Part shown: piece after piece, positions 19,249 to 30,145 of the stretch | How the letters are laid out: the number at the start of each line of letters is the position of its first letter | How positions within the stretch are numbered: position 1 is the first letter of the stretch | Origin: Bythopirellula sp. | Lineage (GTDB): Bacteria; Planctomycetota; Planctomycetia; Pirellulales; Lacipirellulaceae | DNA: 64,000 nucleotides | Assembly: GCA_965216565.1 (NCBI GenBank) | Contig: OZ244170.1 | Coordinates: 3,040,001 to 3,104,000 of the forward strand | Reading direction: 5' to 3' | Made by a program: the position numbers and the translations under genes | Notes under the pieces: generated by a model | The model's input: only the letters and a program-made list of their open reading frames with translations | What the model was told of the DNA's origin: nothing | Database searches by the model: none

Positions 19249-20574
19249 ATGAATGCTCGCCCCAACTCAGCTCGACGTGTTGTCATCACCGGCCTCGGTG
19301 CCATTTCGCCGCTGGGCAATAACGTCGCCGAACTTTGGAGTGGACTCTCCTCTGGCCGCAGTGGCGTGGCTCCGCTGGAGATCATGCCCACGCTCGAGGG
19401 CAAGGTTCACTATGGCGGCGAAGCCGAGACATTCTCTGGCAAGATCGATGACTTTGGTACTCTCAACAAGACCGCCAAAAAGACGATCCGCAAAGCACTG
19501 AAGGTGATGTGCCGCGAAACGATGATGGCAATCGCCTGTGCCCAGCAAGCCGCCGCCGATGGCGGTTTTGCCGAGGAGCCTATGGATCCGGAACGTTCCG
19601 GCGTCGTGTTTGGCAGTGATTATATGCTCAGTCCTCCCGACGATTTCGAGGCGGGCATGATCAAGTGCGGGGCGGCCGATTCGGATTTCGACTATCCGCG
19701 CTGGGGCAACGATGGCCTTGGGGAAATGAATCCCCTGTGGATGCTCAAATTCCTACCCAACATGCCCGCCAGTCACATTGCGATTATCAACGACCTTCGT
19801 GGCCCTAATAATTCGCTAACTCTGCGAGAAGTTTCGGGGCTGGCCGCAGTGCGCGAAGCAGCCCAAACCATCGAACGTGGCCATGCGGACCGCATGATCG
19901 CTGGGGCAACGGGCACGCGGCTGCACACATTCAAGACAGTTCATGCAGCCCAAACCGAGCAACTCGCCGACCCTGAATTGGATCCTGCCGAGGCATCTCG
20001 CCCTTTCGACGCCAACCGCACTGGCATGGTGGTCGGCGAAGGTGCCGGAGCCATCTTGTTGGAAGAACTGGAATCAGCAACCGCCCGAGGAGCGACTATT
20101 TACGGCGAAATTGTTGGAACCGGACTCAGCACCGTGACCGACGCGAATCTCTCGGGATCGCCGATTAAAGCCTTCTCCAATGCTGCCCATGTGGCACTCC
20201 AACAGTCGGCCCTACAACCTGGAGACTTGGGCCACGTGAATGCTCATGGCCTGGGCACTCAGGCCAGCGATCAGGCCGAGTCGGAGGCAATCCGCGGGGT
20301 ACTCGGCGGGTCGGCAGAAAAGCTACCTGTGTTTGCCGCCAAGAGTTACTTTGGAAATCTGGGCTCTGGCAGTGGCATGGTGGAATTAATCGCCAGCACG
20401 CTCGCACTCAAGGAAGGTCAACTGCCCCGGACTCTCAATTACGAAACGCCCGATCCCCAAGCCCCGCTCAACGTCACGAAGAACGGCGACGTGCCCGCTG
20501 GCTCCAGTTTTCTCAAGCTCAGCATCACTCCCCAGGCACAGGCTGCGGCGATCGTTGTCAGCCAGGCAACCTAG
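19249..20574 (+). CDS. Beta-ketoacyl synthase-family paralog lacking the catalytic Cys
   Basis: RRVVITGLG, NMPA, SRPFD..R.G...GEGAG; TLREVS replaces ATACAS. Confidence 0.88.
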   Translation: MNARPNSARRVVITGLGAISPLGNNVAELWSGLSSGRSGVAPLEIMPTLEGKVHYGGEAETFSGKIDDFGTLNKTAKKTIRKALKVMCRETMMAIACAQQAAADGGFAEEPMDPERSGVVFGSDYMLSPPDDFEAGMIKCGAADSDFDYPRWGNDGLGEMNPLWMLKFLPNMPASHIAIINDLRGPNNSLTLREVSGLAAVREAAQTIERGHADRMIAGATGTRLHTFKTVHAAQTEQLADPELDPAEASRPFDANRTGMVVGEGAGAILLEELESATARGATIYGEIVGTGLSTVTDANLSGSPIKAFSNAAHVALQQSALQPGDLGHVNAHGLGTQASDQAESEAIRGVLGGSAEKLPVFAAKSYFGNLGSGSGMVELIASTLALKEGQLPRTLNYETPDPQAPLNVTKNGDVPAGSSFLKLSITPQAQAAAIVVSQAT

Positions 20575-20999
20575 CGGCAGGGTAGTAGCCTCCAAGAGCC
20601 AAAAGGAGCTCCTTCGACTGGGTGCTAAACCCTTGCCCACAGGCACTTGCCAATCCCTGGGCCCCTTGACGCTCGGCATTGCCGAGGCTACCTTTACGAG
20701 ATTGCGAACCACTATAAGTCTGCTTCGTAAAAGGAGTTTCGGCGGGCCGCCCATGCCCGGCAACCGGCGGCAATGGTTAGTTGTGTGCTCATTTAGCGCG
20801 CGGATGTTAGGCCAAACTCCACACGGCGAGTCGGGCTTGTGCAGAAGCGCGTTTTTTATATTTAGGCTTCGTGGCTGGAGACTTCGAGACTGGAGGAATC
20901 AAGTGTCCTCAAGCCCCTCGAAGCCTCCAACCTCAAAGCCTCCCCTAACAATTCGGTTTGCCGCGCAGCGGGCGAAATACGCTGCGGAAAGATTTCAAC

Positions 21000-22427
21000 A
21001 TGAACGCGAGTGAAGTACTGCGAATCGTCGATGCGATTCACCGCGACAAAAACATCGATAAGGAAATTGTGTTCGAAGGTATCGAAGCCGCACTGGTTTC
21101 TGCTGCCAAGAAGCACTATGGCGAAGAAGCCGACATCGAAGTCCATATCGATCGTGATAGTGGAGAAATCCAGGCAACACACGACGGCAACGAATTAGAT
21201 TCTGAAGAAACCGTGGGCCGCATCGGAGCCCAAACGGCCAAGCAGGTGATGATTCAGAAAATCCGCGAAGCCGAACGCGATGCCCTCTTCGACGAATACA
21301 CCGAACTAGTCGGCGAAATGGTCAGCGGAGTCGTCCAACGCTACGACGGCGGAGCGGCAACCGTCACGCTCACCAACGTCGAAGCCATTCTTCCTCGCAG
21401 CGAGCAAATCCCTGGCGAGTCGCATCACGTGAACGAACGTGTGCGAGCCACCGTCTTTGAAGTCCGCAAGAGCGGAAGCCGCGTGAAGGTCATCCTTAGT
21501 CGCGCCCGCCCTCAGCTGGTGCAGCGACTCTTCGAACAAGAGATCCCCGAGATCATCGACGGCGTGATCGAAGTGCGGGCCATGAGCCGCGAGCCGGGCT
21601 ATCGTTCCAAAGTGGCGGTCAGCAGCAGCGACCAGCGCGTCGATTGCGTCGGCGCATGTGTCGGCGTTCGCGGTAATCGGATCAAAAATATCGTCGACGA
21701 ACTCAGTGGCGAACGGATCGACATCGTCCGCTGGGACGACAACCTGGAAGTACTGATTCCCAATGCCTTGCAGCCCGCGGAAGTGGAGCAGGTGATTCTC
21801 TGCAAGATGCTAGGGCGTGCGATCGTTCTTGTCCGCGAAGACCAACTGTCGCTGGCGATTGGCAGGCGGGGGCAAAATGTTCGCCTCGCCAGCAAGCTTT
21901 CCGGTTGGGACATTGAGATCATGACCCAGGAAGAACTTGCCGAATCGATTGATCGCGCGGTGCAGGGCTTTAGCTCCATCGCAGGCGTCGAAGTCGAACT
22001 CGCCGAACGACTGGTGGAAGAAGGTTTCCTCAGCTACGACGACCTCTCGATCATCGAGCCCGATGCTTTGATGGCCATGGGCAGTTTGTCGGCCGAGCAA
22101 GTCGATACAATTGTCGAACAAGCCGAAGCTCGCGCCGAGGAGGCAGAGGCAGCCGCCGATGCAGCCCGCAAGCTAAAGCGCGAGCAAGAGCGTATCGCCC
22201 GCGCTGAAGCCGAAGAGGCCGAAGCCCTTGCCAAGCTCGAAGCAGAGAAGGCAGAAGCCGAGGGCACAGCCCCCACCGAAGGAGAAGCACCCGCTGAAGG
22301 TGAAGCTGCCGCAGAGCCGGCAGCCGAGGGTGAAGACTCTGCTCCGGAGGCAGCTACCGATAATTCAGTTGAAACGAATGAAGTAGAAGAAGAGCCAACC
22401 CGCGTAGGCGATGGCGAAACAGGATAA
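21000..22427 (+). CDS. nusA: Transcription termination factor NusA
   Basis: [12 protein letters not shown]1 domain, [36 protein letters not shown]. Confidence 0.97.
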   Translation: MNASEVLRIVDAIHRDKNIDKEIVFEGIEAALVSAAKKHYGEEADIEVHIDRDSGEIQATHDGNELDSEETVGRIGAQTAKQVMIQKIREAERDALFDEYTELVGEMVSGVVQRYDGGAATVTLTNVEAILPRSEQIPGESHHVNERVRATVFEVRKSGSRVKVILSRARPQLVQRLFEQEIPEIIDGVIEVRAMSREPGYRSKVAVSSSDQRVDCVGACVGVRGNRIKNIVDELSGERIDIVRWDDNLEVLIPNALQPAEVEQVILCKMLGRAIVLVREDQLSLAIGRRGQNVRLASKLSGWDIEIMTQEELAESIDRAVQGFSSIAGVEVELAERLVEEGFLSYDDLSIIEPDALMAMGSLSAEQVDTIVEQAEARAEEAEAAADAARKLKREQERIARAEAEEAEALAKLEAEKAEAEGTAPTEGEAPAEGEAAAEPAAEGEDSAPEAATDNSVETNEVEEEPTRVGDGETG

Positions 22428-22614
22428 CTAAGCCCGGCAAACGAATCCTCGTTTGCCAATATTTCAGGAGGACGTTGGTTATGGTTTCCTAGTACACTAT
22501 TAATTTGCGCGACGGCCTTGATGACAGGCGTTTGTGTTTCTGGCAGAGAAACCTGGTTTCTCGCAGAAGTTTTAATTTTCGCAGGAAATCTGGCGCGTCG
22601 CAGGAGAACTTGAT

Positions 22615-25386
22615 TTGGCGGTCCGAATTTACGCATTAGCGAAGGAACTGAAAGTTGACAGCAAGGAGCTGGTTGATATCTGCAACAAAGTGGGTATCCG
22701 AGGCAAGGGGTCTGCGCTAGCCAGTCTGTCTGACGAGGAAGTCGCCAAACTTCGCGACCACTTCAGCGGTGGTGGTGGCGCCGCCGAAGCCCCTGCTGCT
22801 CCGTCGAAGGCTGCTCCCGCACCCGAACGTCCCCGCGACGCCGCTCGCACCACTGGCAAAATGCCAGTTATCAGCACACCACGGCCCGCTTCGCCTCTCT
22901 CGGATTTTCGCAAACCGAAAGAAGAACAGCCCGCTCCCGAAGCCGAGGCTCCCGCCGAACCGCCCTCCCCCGTGCAAACCGAAGCCGCCTCAGCCCCGCC
23001 CAGCGCAGCATCTACGCCCGATGCGAAAGGTTCCGGTCCGTTGGCTGGCGTCATGCGTCGCGACGACTACGTGGGCCCCGGCGGAGTAACAGGCAAGCCG
23101 CCCACGCTCGACGAACAAAAGCCCGCCGCCCGCGAGCAGAAGCCTGGCCCCGGCAACGGCAATACCGGCCCACGATCCCGCCCAGCGGTAAAGTTGGCGC
23201 CGATGCCCGAAGTGGGCCCAGCGGCTCCCACCACCGGCAAGAAGGCCGAAGCAGAGCCCACCCAAAAACCAGATCTCAAACTACCAGCCGATGCGCTGCG
23301 TGCCGGCAAGACTGGCAGCAAGCCGCTATCTGCCCACCTGAGGCGTCACGAAGAATCGCTGGAAACTAGCAAACGTCGCGGCGGAAAACCCCTCACCCCC
23401 GTTGAAGAACTTCCCGCGGAGGGCAAGGGCGGCGACAAAAAGCGCGGCAAACGCGGCAAAGGCAAAGACTCCGAAACACCCATGCTCGGCGGCCGCGAGC
23501 ATCGGCAACTCAATCGGAGTCGATCCGCACCGCGTGGCAATCGCCCCATGCGTCGTTCGTTCCGTCGCTCCAGAAAGAGCGGCGTTAGCACGGCAGCCCC
23601 ACGTAAAGAAAAAGTCTCGCTACAACTTCCTTGCACCGTTCGCGAATTCTCCGAAGCCGCAGGGGTTCCAGCCAGCCAGATCCTTCGCATCCTGATGGAA
23701 GAGGGAGTGATGACCACCATCACTGCCGCAATGGACCCCGATCTCACAGAGTTGGTCGCTGCCGAGTTGGACGTCGACATCGTTTTGAAGGAAGCCGTCA
23801 GCTTCGAAGATCAAATGCTCTCCGATATTCGGGATCAAGAAGACGACGATGCATCGCTCGTGCCGCGACCTCCAGTGATCACCTTTCTGGGGCACGTCGA
23901 CCACGGCAAGACCTCGTTGCTTGACAAGATTATCAATATCGATGTCGTTAGCGGCGAAAGTGGCGGCATTACCCAGCACATTCGCGCATACACCATCGAC
24001 AAAGACGGACGACAGCTATCCTTTGTCGATACGCCTGGCCACGAAGCATTCACAGAGATGCGTGCCCGGGGTGCCAACGTCACCGACATTGCCGTGCTGG
24101 TAGTTGCCGCTGACGATGGCGTGATGCCTCAAACCGAAGAAGCCATTAGCCATGCCCGGGCCGCCGAGGTGCCCATCGTGGTGGCTTTAAATAAGTCCGA
24201 TCTCCCGGGCGTCGATATTAATCGCGTGATGCAAGGACTTTCGACCAACGACCTGCTGCCCAGTGAATGGGGTGGCGAAGTGGAAGTGATCCAAACCAGT
24301 GCCATCACGGGCGACGGGGTCGATGACTTACTCGAAACGCTGCTCACGGTCGCCGAACTGCACGAGTACAAAGCCAATCCCGATCGCGCCGCTCTTGGCA
24401 CGTGTCTGGAAGCTCAGCAAGAAGCGGGCCGCGGCGTCGTGGCCAAAATGATTGTGCAAAACGGCACGTTGCGGGTGGGCGATGTTGTTGTCTGCGGCGA
24501 ATCTTTTGGCCGTGTCAAAGCAATGTACGACACACTCAATCCTACCAAGCGCGTGGAAGAGGCCGGGCCCAGCACCCCAGTCAATCTCACCGGCTTCGAC
24601 ACAGCTCCGGGTGCCGGCGAGCATTTTTATGTGCTCGACGACATCGCCGATGCACGAACTATTGCCGAAACGCGATCTCACGTCGAGCGCACCGCTTCGT
24701 TGGGTGGCGGCGTGGAGCACGTGACTCTGGAAAATCTGTTCGATCGACTCGATGGTGCGGAAGAGGTTCAAACCCTGAATCTTATCTTGCGGGCCGACGT
24801 ACGCGGATCCATCGAAGCCATTCAGAAAGAACTGGAAAAGCTCGAGCATCCCGAGGTGCGGGTCAAACTGCTGCAAGCCTCGGTCGGCGGTATTTCCGAA
24901 GCCGACGTGACACTGGCCGATGCCTCCGACGCAATTATCATGGGCTTCAACGTGGTGCCCGACGAGCAAGCTCGTCAATTGGCCGATAAGCGCGGCGTGC
25001 AGATTCGCCGGTACGAAGTGATTTACAAAATCACCGAGGAACTGAAGGCCGCACTCGAAGGATTGCTCAAACCAGAAGAACGCGAAATCGATTTGGGTCG
25101 TGCTCTGGTGCAACAGACCTTCAAAATCAGCCGAGTCGGCACTGCCGCCGGTTGCCGGGTACTGGCGGGCACTGTGGCTCGCGATGGTCGGGCTCGCGTG
25201 ATTCGCGATAACACCATCATCGGCGACTACGCCATCGGAACTCTACGCCGCGAAAAGGACGACACCAAGGAAGTCCGTGAAGGCATGGAATGCGGTATCC
25301 GTTTGGCGGGATTCAACGATGTCAAGGAAGGCGACATGTTCGAAGTTTACAAAATTGAAGAAGTTGGCCGCAGCTTCGATGACTAG
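22615..25386 (+). CDS. infB: Translation initiation factor IF-2
   Basis: [37 protein letters not shown] start. Confidence 0.97.
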   Translation: MAVRIYALAKELKVDSKELVDICNKVGIRGKGSALASLSDEEVAKLRDHFSGGGGAAEAPAAPSKAAPAPERPRDAARTTGKMPVISTPRPASPLSDFRKPKEEQPAPEAEAPAEPPSPVQTEAASAPPSAASTPDAKGSGPLAGVMRRDDYVGPGGVTGKPPTLDEQKPAAREQKPGPGNGNTGPRSRPAVKLAPMPEVGPAAPTTGKKAEAEPTQKPDLKLPADALRAGKTGSKPLSAHLRRHEESLETSKRRGGKPLTPVEELPAEGKGGDKKRGKRGKGKDSETPMLGGREHRQLNRSRSAPRGNRPMRRSFRRSRKSGVSTAAPRKEKVSLQLPCTVREFSEAAGVPASQILRILMEEGVMTTITAAMDPDLTELVAAELDVDIVLKEAVSFEDQMLSDIRDQEDDDASLVPRPPVITFLGHVDHGKTSLLDKIINIDVVSGESGGITQHIRAYTIDKDGRQLSFVDTPGHEAFTEMRARGANVTDIAVLVVAADDGVMPQTEEAISHARAAEVPIVVALNKSDLPGVDINRVMQGLSTNDLLPSEWGGEVEVIQTSAITGDGVDDLLETLLTVAELHEYKANPDRAALGTCLEAQQEAGRGVVAKMIVQNGTLRVGDVVVCGESFGRVKAMYDTLNPTKRVEEAGPSTPVNLTGFDTAPGAGEHFYVLDDIADARTIAETRSHVERTASLGGGVEHVTLENLFDRLDGAEEVQTLNLILRADVRGSIEAIQKELEKLEHPEVRVKLLQASVGGISEADVTLADASDAIIMGFNVVPDEQARQLADKRGVQIRRYEVIYKITEELKAALEGLLKPEEREIDLGRALVQQTFKISRVGTAAGCRVLAGTVARDGRARVIRDNTIIGDYAIGTLRREKDDTKEVREGMECGIRLAGFNDVKEGDMFEVYKIEEVGRSFDD

Positions 25387-25475
25387 ATTGCCAGTGGTTC
25401 GTGGTTCTTGGTTCCTAGCGTTCAAGACTCACCCAAATCTAACTACGATCTCCAGCCTACTCCCACCGACTAAAC

Positions 25476-25874
25476 ATGACTTCTCGCCGAACACAAAAAG
25501 CAGCCGAAGCAATTCGCGAGGTGGTAAGCATGGCGATTCTTACCGACCTCAAGGATCCGCGCGTCGAGGGAGTGACCGTCACGTATGTTGAGGTGACGCC
25601 CGATATGCGTACGGCCAAAGTACATGTATCGATCATGGGAGACGAGGCGGCTCAGAAACTCTGCCTGCATGGCCTGAAAAGCTCCGCCGGTTTTCTGCAG
25701 CAGAAAGTCTCCAAGCGGATCGATACCCGCTACACCCCGCGTATTCAATTCGAGCTCGATATGGGCGTCAAAAACTCAATCGCCATCGCCAAGATGCTCA
25801 GCGACGTGCTCCCCACAGAACCACCCCCGCAAGACGAAGAGTCCGACACGGAGCCAGCGCCCGAACAGCCTTGA
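25476..25874 (+). CDS. rbfA: Ribosome-binding factor A
   Basis: [24 protein letters not shown]; follows infB. Confidence 0.93.
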   Translation: MTSRRTQKAAEAIREVVSMAILTDLKDPRVEGVTVTYVEVTPDMRTAKVHVSIMGDEAAQKLCLHGLKSSAGFLQQKVSKRIDTRYTPRIQFELDMGVKNSIAIAKMLSDVLPTEPPPQDEESDTEPAPEQP

Positions 25875-25955
25875 CTTCGACGTCGCGAGAACCCGACCAT
25901 TCTTTCGTACTTATTTTCTATTCCTTCCTCTCCAAGTGTCTGAGAATCTTTCCCG

Positions 25956-26948
25956 ATGGCTAGCAATAATCGCGCCACACAAATTAACAAAGTCCTCAAG
26001 GTCGTCAAAAAGCACTATAAGCCGGTTGAACCTGTGAACGACCGTTCGGTTCTGGAGCATTTGCTCTATGCGTGTTTGCTGGAGAACTCGCTGCACGAGC
26101 CCGCCACGCAAGTGCTTAATGAGCTGAAGAGCGACTATTTCGATTGGAACGAAGTCCGCGTGAGCTCGGTTCGCGAACTTAGCGAGGCAATGAAGCCGCT
26201 CAACGACCCCGAGGATTCGGCCACGCGGCTCAAGCGTGTTCTGCAGAGCGTATTCGAAACGCAGTACTCCTTCGACATGGAGCCGCTGAAAAAGCAGAAC
26301 ATCGGCCAAACGGTCAAGCAGATCCAAAAATACAATGGCTCCTCGCCATTCACCGTAGCCTATATCACCCAAAACGCACTCGGCGGGCATGCGGTCCCCG
26401 TCAATAGTGGACTCTTAGAGGCAATGCGAGTGGTGGGAGTGATTTCCGATTCGGAAGCCGCTAAGCACTCAGTGCCCGGCCTCGAACGGGCAGTGCCCAA
26501 AACCAAAGGTTACGAAGTTGGAACCATGCTCCACCAACTGGGCGTCGAACTGAGCCGCAGTCCCTACGGACCAACGATCCGCAAACTGTTGTTGGAAATC
26601 GAACCTTCCTGCAAAGACGACTTACCTAAGCGACCCAGCAAAAAGGCCGCTGAGAAGAAACCTGATCAGAAAAAGGCTGATGAGAAAAAAGCTGCCGAGA
26701 AGAAGTCGGCTGAGAAAAAATCCGACGCGAAAGCCACAAAGAAGAAAGCAGCCGAAAAACCAGCGGCCAAGAAGAGCGGCAAGCCGGTAAAGAAGAAAAA
26801 GGTTGTCAAGAAAAAGAAAGCTGCCACCAAACCTACCAAGAAGAAAAAGGTAGTTAAGAAAAAGAAAAAAGTGGCGAAAAAGAAGAAAGTTGCCAAAGGC
26901 AAAAAGAAAACCACATCGCGTAAACTGTCTCGCAAGAAACCGAAATAG
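25956..26948 (+). CDS. HhH-GPD/endonuclease III-like fold protein with histone H1-like Lys-rich tail
   Basis: DWNEVRVSS..EL, HAVPVN; C-terminal ~100 aa of K/A/P-rich repeats. Confidence 0.65.
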   Translation: MASNNRATQINKVLKVVKKHYKPVEPVNDRSVLEHLLYACLLENSLHEPATQVLNELKSDYFDWNEVRVSSVRELSEAMKPLNDPEDSATRLKRVLQSVFETQYSFDMEPLKKQNIGQTVKQIQKYNGSSPFTVAYITQNALGGHAVPVNSGLLEAMRVVGVISDSEAAKHSVPGLERAVPKTKGYEVGTMLHQLGVELSRSPYGPTIRKLLLEIEPSCKDDLPKRPSKKAAEKKPDQKKADEKKAAEKKSAEKKSDAKATKKKAAEKPAAKKSGKPVKKKKVVKKKKAATKPTKKKKVVKKKKKVAKKKKVAKGKKKTTSRKLSRKKPK

Positions 26949-26982
26949 GTAGAAAAGCGAGTTGGTCTCAAAGCCAAGTCCG

Positions 26983-27054
26983 TACTCACTTACTCACTTA
27001 CTCACTTACTCACTTACTCACTTACTCACTTACTCACTTACTCACTTACTCACT
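26983..27054 (+). repeat. Perfect tandem repeat (TACTCACT)x9
   Basis: Counted directly; ends 22 nt before the yebC start. Confidence 0.95.
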
Positions 27055-27076
27055 CTAGCACCCCTAACCCCTGACA

Positions 27077-27829
27077 ATGGCTGGACATTCACACTGGGCG
27101 GGCATTAAGCACAAGAAAGCCCTGATCGATAACAAACGCGGCAAGCTTTGGAGCAAACTCTCCAAGGCCATCATCGTGGCGGCGTCCAGTGGCGGCGGCG
27201 ATCCCGATACCAATCTGCGCCTGCGTTACGCGATCAACGACGCCAAAGCCGTCAGCATGCCCAAGGACAACATCGAACGGGCTATCAAAAAAGGCTCTGG
27301 CGAGCTCGAGGGGGGCCATTACGACGAAGTCCTCTACGAAGGTTACGGACCTGGTGGCGTAGCTGTGCTTTGCGAAATTCTCACCGACAACCGCAATCGC
27401 ACCGCCCCTGAAGTCAGGAAGATTTTTGAGGTTGCCGGCGGAAAACTTGGCGCCACCGGCTGCGTGGCCTGGATGTTTCAGCGCAAAGGGGTCGTGCTAA
27501 TCGACGCGGCAAAAACCAACGAAGAAGCGCTCATGGATCTGGCTATCGAAGCGGGTGCTGAGGACGTGAAAGCGAATGGCGACCAATTCGAAGTCGTCGC
27601 CAGCCCCGACAACTTCTCCGATGTGCAGCAAGCCATCGAACAGGCCGAAATCACCTCTGAGTCTTCCAACATCGCCTGGCTCCCCGACGATACGGTCGAC
27701 CTCGACGCCGACACCGCCCGCAAAGTGCTGAAAATGATGGACCAGCTCGACGACCACGACGACGTGCAAAGCGTCGCCGCGAATTTCAACATCCCCGAAG
27801 ATGCCCTGGCGGAAATCGAAGCGGAATAG
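27077..27829 (+). CDS. yebC: YebC/PmpR family protein
   Basis: MAGHSHWAGIKHKK, YEGYGPGG, TDNRNRT, DHDDVQ. Confidence 0.95.
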   Translation: MAGHSHWAGIKHKKALIDNKRGKLWSKLSKAIIVAASSGGGDPDTNLRLRYAINDAKAVSMPKDNIERAIKKGSGELEGGHYDEVLYEGYGPGGVAVLCEILTDNRNRTAPEVRKIFEVAGGKLGATGCVAWMFQRKGVVLIDAAKTNEEALMDLAIEAGAEDVKANGDQFEVVASPDNFSDVQQAIEQAEITSESSNIAWLPDDTVDLDADTARKVLKMMDQLDDHDDVQSVAANFNIPEDALAEIEAE

Positions 27830-27890
27830 TGCGGAGAGCAAAGATCCGCAACGACACAACGACGCAACGGCATTACGATTAGATAACAAA

Positions 27891-27985
27891 GTAGGGTGGG
27901 CTAGAGCGCAGCGGCAGCCCACCGACTTCTCTTACTTGGCGCTTTCCGAGACGGTGGGCCGTCGCTGCGCTTTGGCCCACCCTAC
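27891..27985. repeat. GTAG-type REP doublet (REPIN-like)
   Basis: GTAGGGTGGGC...GCCCACC and inverted GGTGGGC...GCCCACCCTAC. Confidence 0.8.
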
Positions 27986-28017
27986 ACATTGGTGCGAATT
28001 GCAGGACCAAATCAGGA

Positions 28018-28103
28018 GTCGAAAAACAGGGATTGGCTCGACGCGATAACAGATCGAACCCACGACGCACGCAGCGGCGTCGTGCCTGTCCCTATTTTTC
28101 GAC
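28018..28103. repeat. Inverted repeat element (GGGACAGGC-type)
   Basis: 27-nt arms, 23/27 complementary by eye; similar style at 41184-41291. Confidence 0.65.
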
Positions 28104-28143
28104 GGACCATCTGTAGCCCCGCTGGAATCGATCGGACGCCCTC

Positions 28144-28794
28144 ATGCCAACTCAGAAATCACCCCCAGGCATTTGGGTCGGTCAGCCGCTTCATTATGTT
28201 TGCCTGATGATTCTCTCGTTCTTGGTATGGATTGCTTGGGCAAAGTTGGGCAAACCCTTTCCGATTGCGTTTTGGATCGCGATCGTCATCCCCATCGTGC
28301 ACCAGGTGTTTGTTCTCTTGGCGTGGCGGTTGGAATTGCGATCCAGGGCGATTAGCAATTCGATTGGCTTCGGCGGCTATCTCGCCATCTTCTTTGTGCT
28401 GTTCTTTGGCCGGTTTGTGGCGATAACCGTTCTCGCTTGGCTCGACCGCGGGAGTTTCGCGCTTGCCCGTCCGCTGCAGATCATTCTCACTACGCTTGCC
28501 GCCCTGCCCGGCATCTACGCTGGCTACAGCGTGGTGCGGTTCTTCGGCATGAAACGGGCCGCTGGGGCCGACCACTTTGATCCCCAATACCGCGACATGC
28601 CATTGGTCAACAAAGGGATCTTTCGGTTCACAAACAATGGCATGTACCGCTACGCGTTCCTCATCTTCTGGGCCATCGCGCTGGGTTTCAATTCCTCAGC
28701 AGCACTTACCGTGGCAGCGTTTAGCCACGCCTACATCTGGGTGCATTTCTACACCACGGAAAAACCCGACATGGATTACCTTTACGGCAAGTAG
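28144..28794 (+). CDS. PEMT/ICMT-family membrane methyltransferase
   Basis: Multi-TM; G.DHF, LV.KGIFRFTNNGMY, TEKPDM motifs. Confidence 0.7.
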   Translation: MPTQKSPPGIWVGQPLHYVCLMILSFLVWIAWAKLGKPFPIAFWIAIVIPIVHQVFVLLAWRLELRSRAISNSIGFGGYLAIFFVLFFGRFVAITVLAWLDRGSFALARPLQIILTTLAALPGIYAGYSVVRFFGMKRAAGADHFDPQYRDMPLVNKGIFRFTNNGMYRYAFLIFWAIALGFNSSAALTVAAFSHAYIWVHFYTTEKPDMDYLYGK

Positions 28795-28920
28795 GATCGC
28801 CGGCTGGGAAAGGCCAGCCCATAACTCTAACGACATGGGTTACCGCCCAAATCCGTTGGAGCTTTCACTCCAAGTGCCAACTAAGCTCAGCGTTTCGCAC
28901 CGACGCGCCGTAACTTCTTA

Positions 28921-29859
28921 CTAATTCGGCTGGTGCTGAAATGCACCACGACAAATCAGGTACTGTACGATGACGGTCATGATCAACACCTGATTGCTAG
29001 GTTCGGGAATACTTGTACCGTATGCTCGCACACCAGAACCAAACGCAGTCGTAAAGTCGCCTTGATTGCTAGTTCCATTTCCTTCTTTGAGGATTTGAAT
29101 ATCTACAAACGCTTGATTGCCCTCAGCAATGGATGCGAATTCCAGGTGACTACCAAATTCTGCATTATTGCTTGCCACCACACCTGTCAGATGTGAAACG
29201 AGATTAATCCCATCAATTAATTGAGCAAGACTTGTGCCCGCTCCAAAAAAGAATTGCTCGGCGCCAGCCGTACTACCGAGTTGGAACAGCACATCTTCCG
29301 AAATGCCAAAAATCGGCGATTTGCCTCCGCTAAGATTAGTGATAGATGGGTCGGTGTCTTCCGGAGCATTGAATTGACCATCACCTAAGATACTTGTAAA
29401 GACGGCTTGGAATTCAGGTAAAGCATCAATTTTAGCTGCAAGGTCTGAAAGTTCTATTGATGTATCGTCATCTACGCTAATTCCAACAAAATCGTCCCCT
29501 AAGCTATTGGAGTAAGAATGTACTGCGAAGATACCAGAACCCAAATCCGTAGAATCAGTAAAGTAGATCGCCGTGTCATTCCAATGCTCGCCTGCTGTGA
29601 CAGCTGTGATAGTAATCTCTGAAAAGACTCTAAAAGGAAGCGTCGTATCGAAGGTTATTGTTGCTTCAGCAAACATTCCTGGAACTAATTCAGTTAGGTT
29701 TTGGATCTCAATGACTGCTGGAGTAGCTGAAAAGGCAGATTCTTCTACCGAATAGAGGGTGGCAAATGTTGCATTGGCTAATGCACTTCCTCCAGGAGTT
29801 AGAAGGCCAAGAGAGAGTATGACCAACAGATACTGGTAGATCTTTATAATTATAGACAC
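28921..29859 (-). CDS. PEP-CTERM-like exported protein with flagellin-IN-like segment
   Basis: Signal peptide, IPEPS followed by hydrophobic tail; visibly A/T-rich codons. Confidence 0.65.
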   Translation of the reverse strand: MSIIIKIYQYLLVILSLGLLTPGGSALANATFATLYSVEESAFSATPAVIEIQNLTELVPGMFAEATITFDTTLPFRVFSEITITAVTAGEHWNDTAIYFTDSTDLGSGIFAVHSYSNSLGDDFVGISVDDDTSIELSDLAAKIDALPEFQAVFTSILGDGQFNAPEDTDPSITNLSGGKSPIFGISEDVLFQLGSTAGAEQFFFGAGTSLAQLIDGINLVSHLTGVVASNNAEFGSHLEFASIAEGNQAFVDIQILKEGNGTSNQGDFTTAFGSGVRAYGTSIPEPSNQVLIMTVIVQYLICRGAFQHQPN

Positions 29860-30145
29860 GGCTTGCTAGTGGATCTGGAATAGTAGGGCGTAGTTGATTG
29901 AGGCGGTAGTATATGAGACTCACATTCGACGTAACATATCAGAATCCTCGTGAGAAAAAGCACTAGATAGCATCTCCATAATGCTATCCCCTAACGGATT
30001 CGTCAGACGCCGAGGCTAATCTGCACAGGGTTCATCGGCCGAGGTACCTAAACGAGTCCCACAATCAAAGTACCCATGCCATCGGAGCAATTAGTGTCTG
30101 AGACTATCTAAGCTGGTGAAAGCTCCAACAATCTGAACCGAACAA

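Noticed and set aside
20770..20862. Attenuator or ncRNA leader upstream of nusA
   Set aside because: A T-run is present but I could not find a convincing stem by eye.
26983..27054. Possible CRISPR array (also 51901-52042 and the family B repeats)
   Set aside because: Units are 7-8 nt without spacers, or are separated by whole genes; no cas genes seen.
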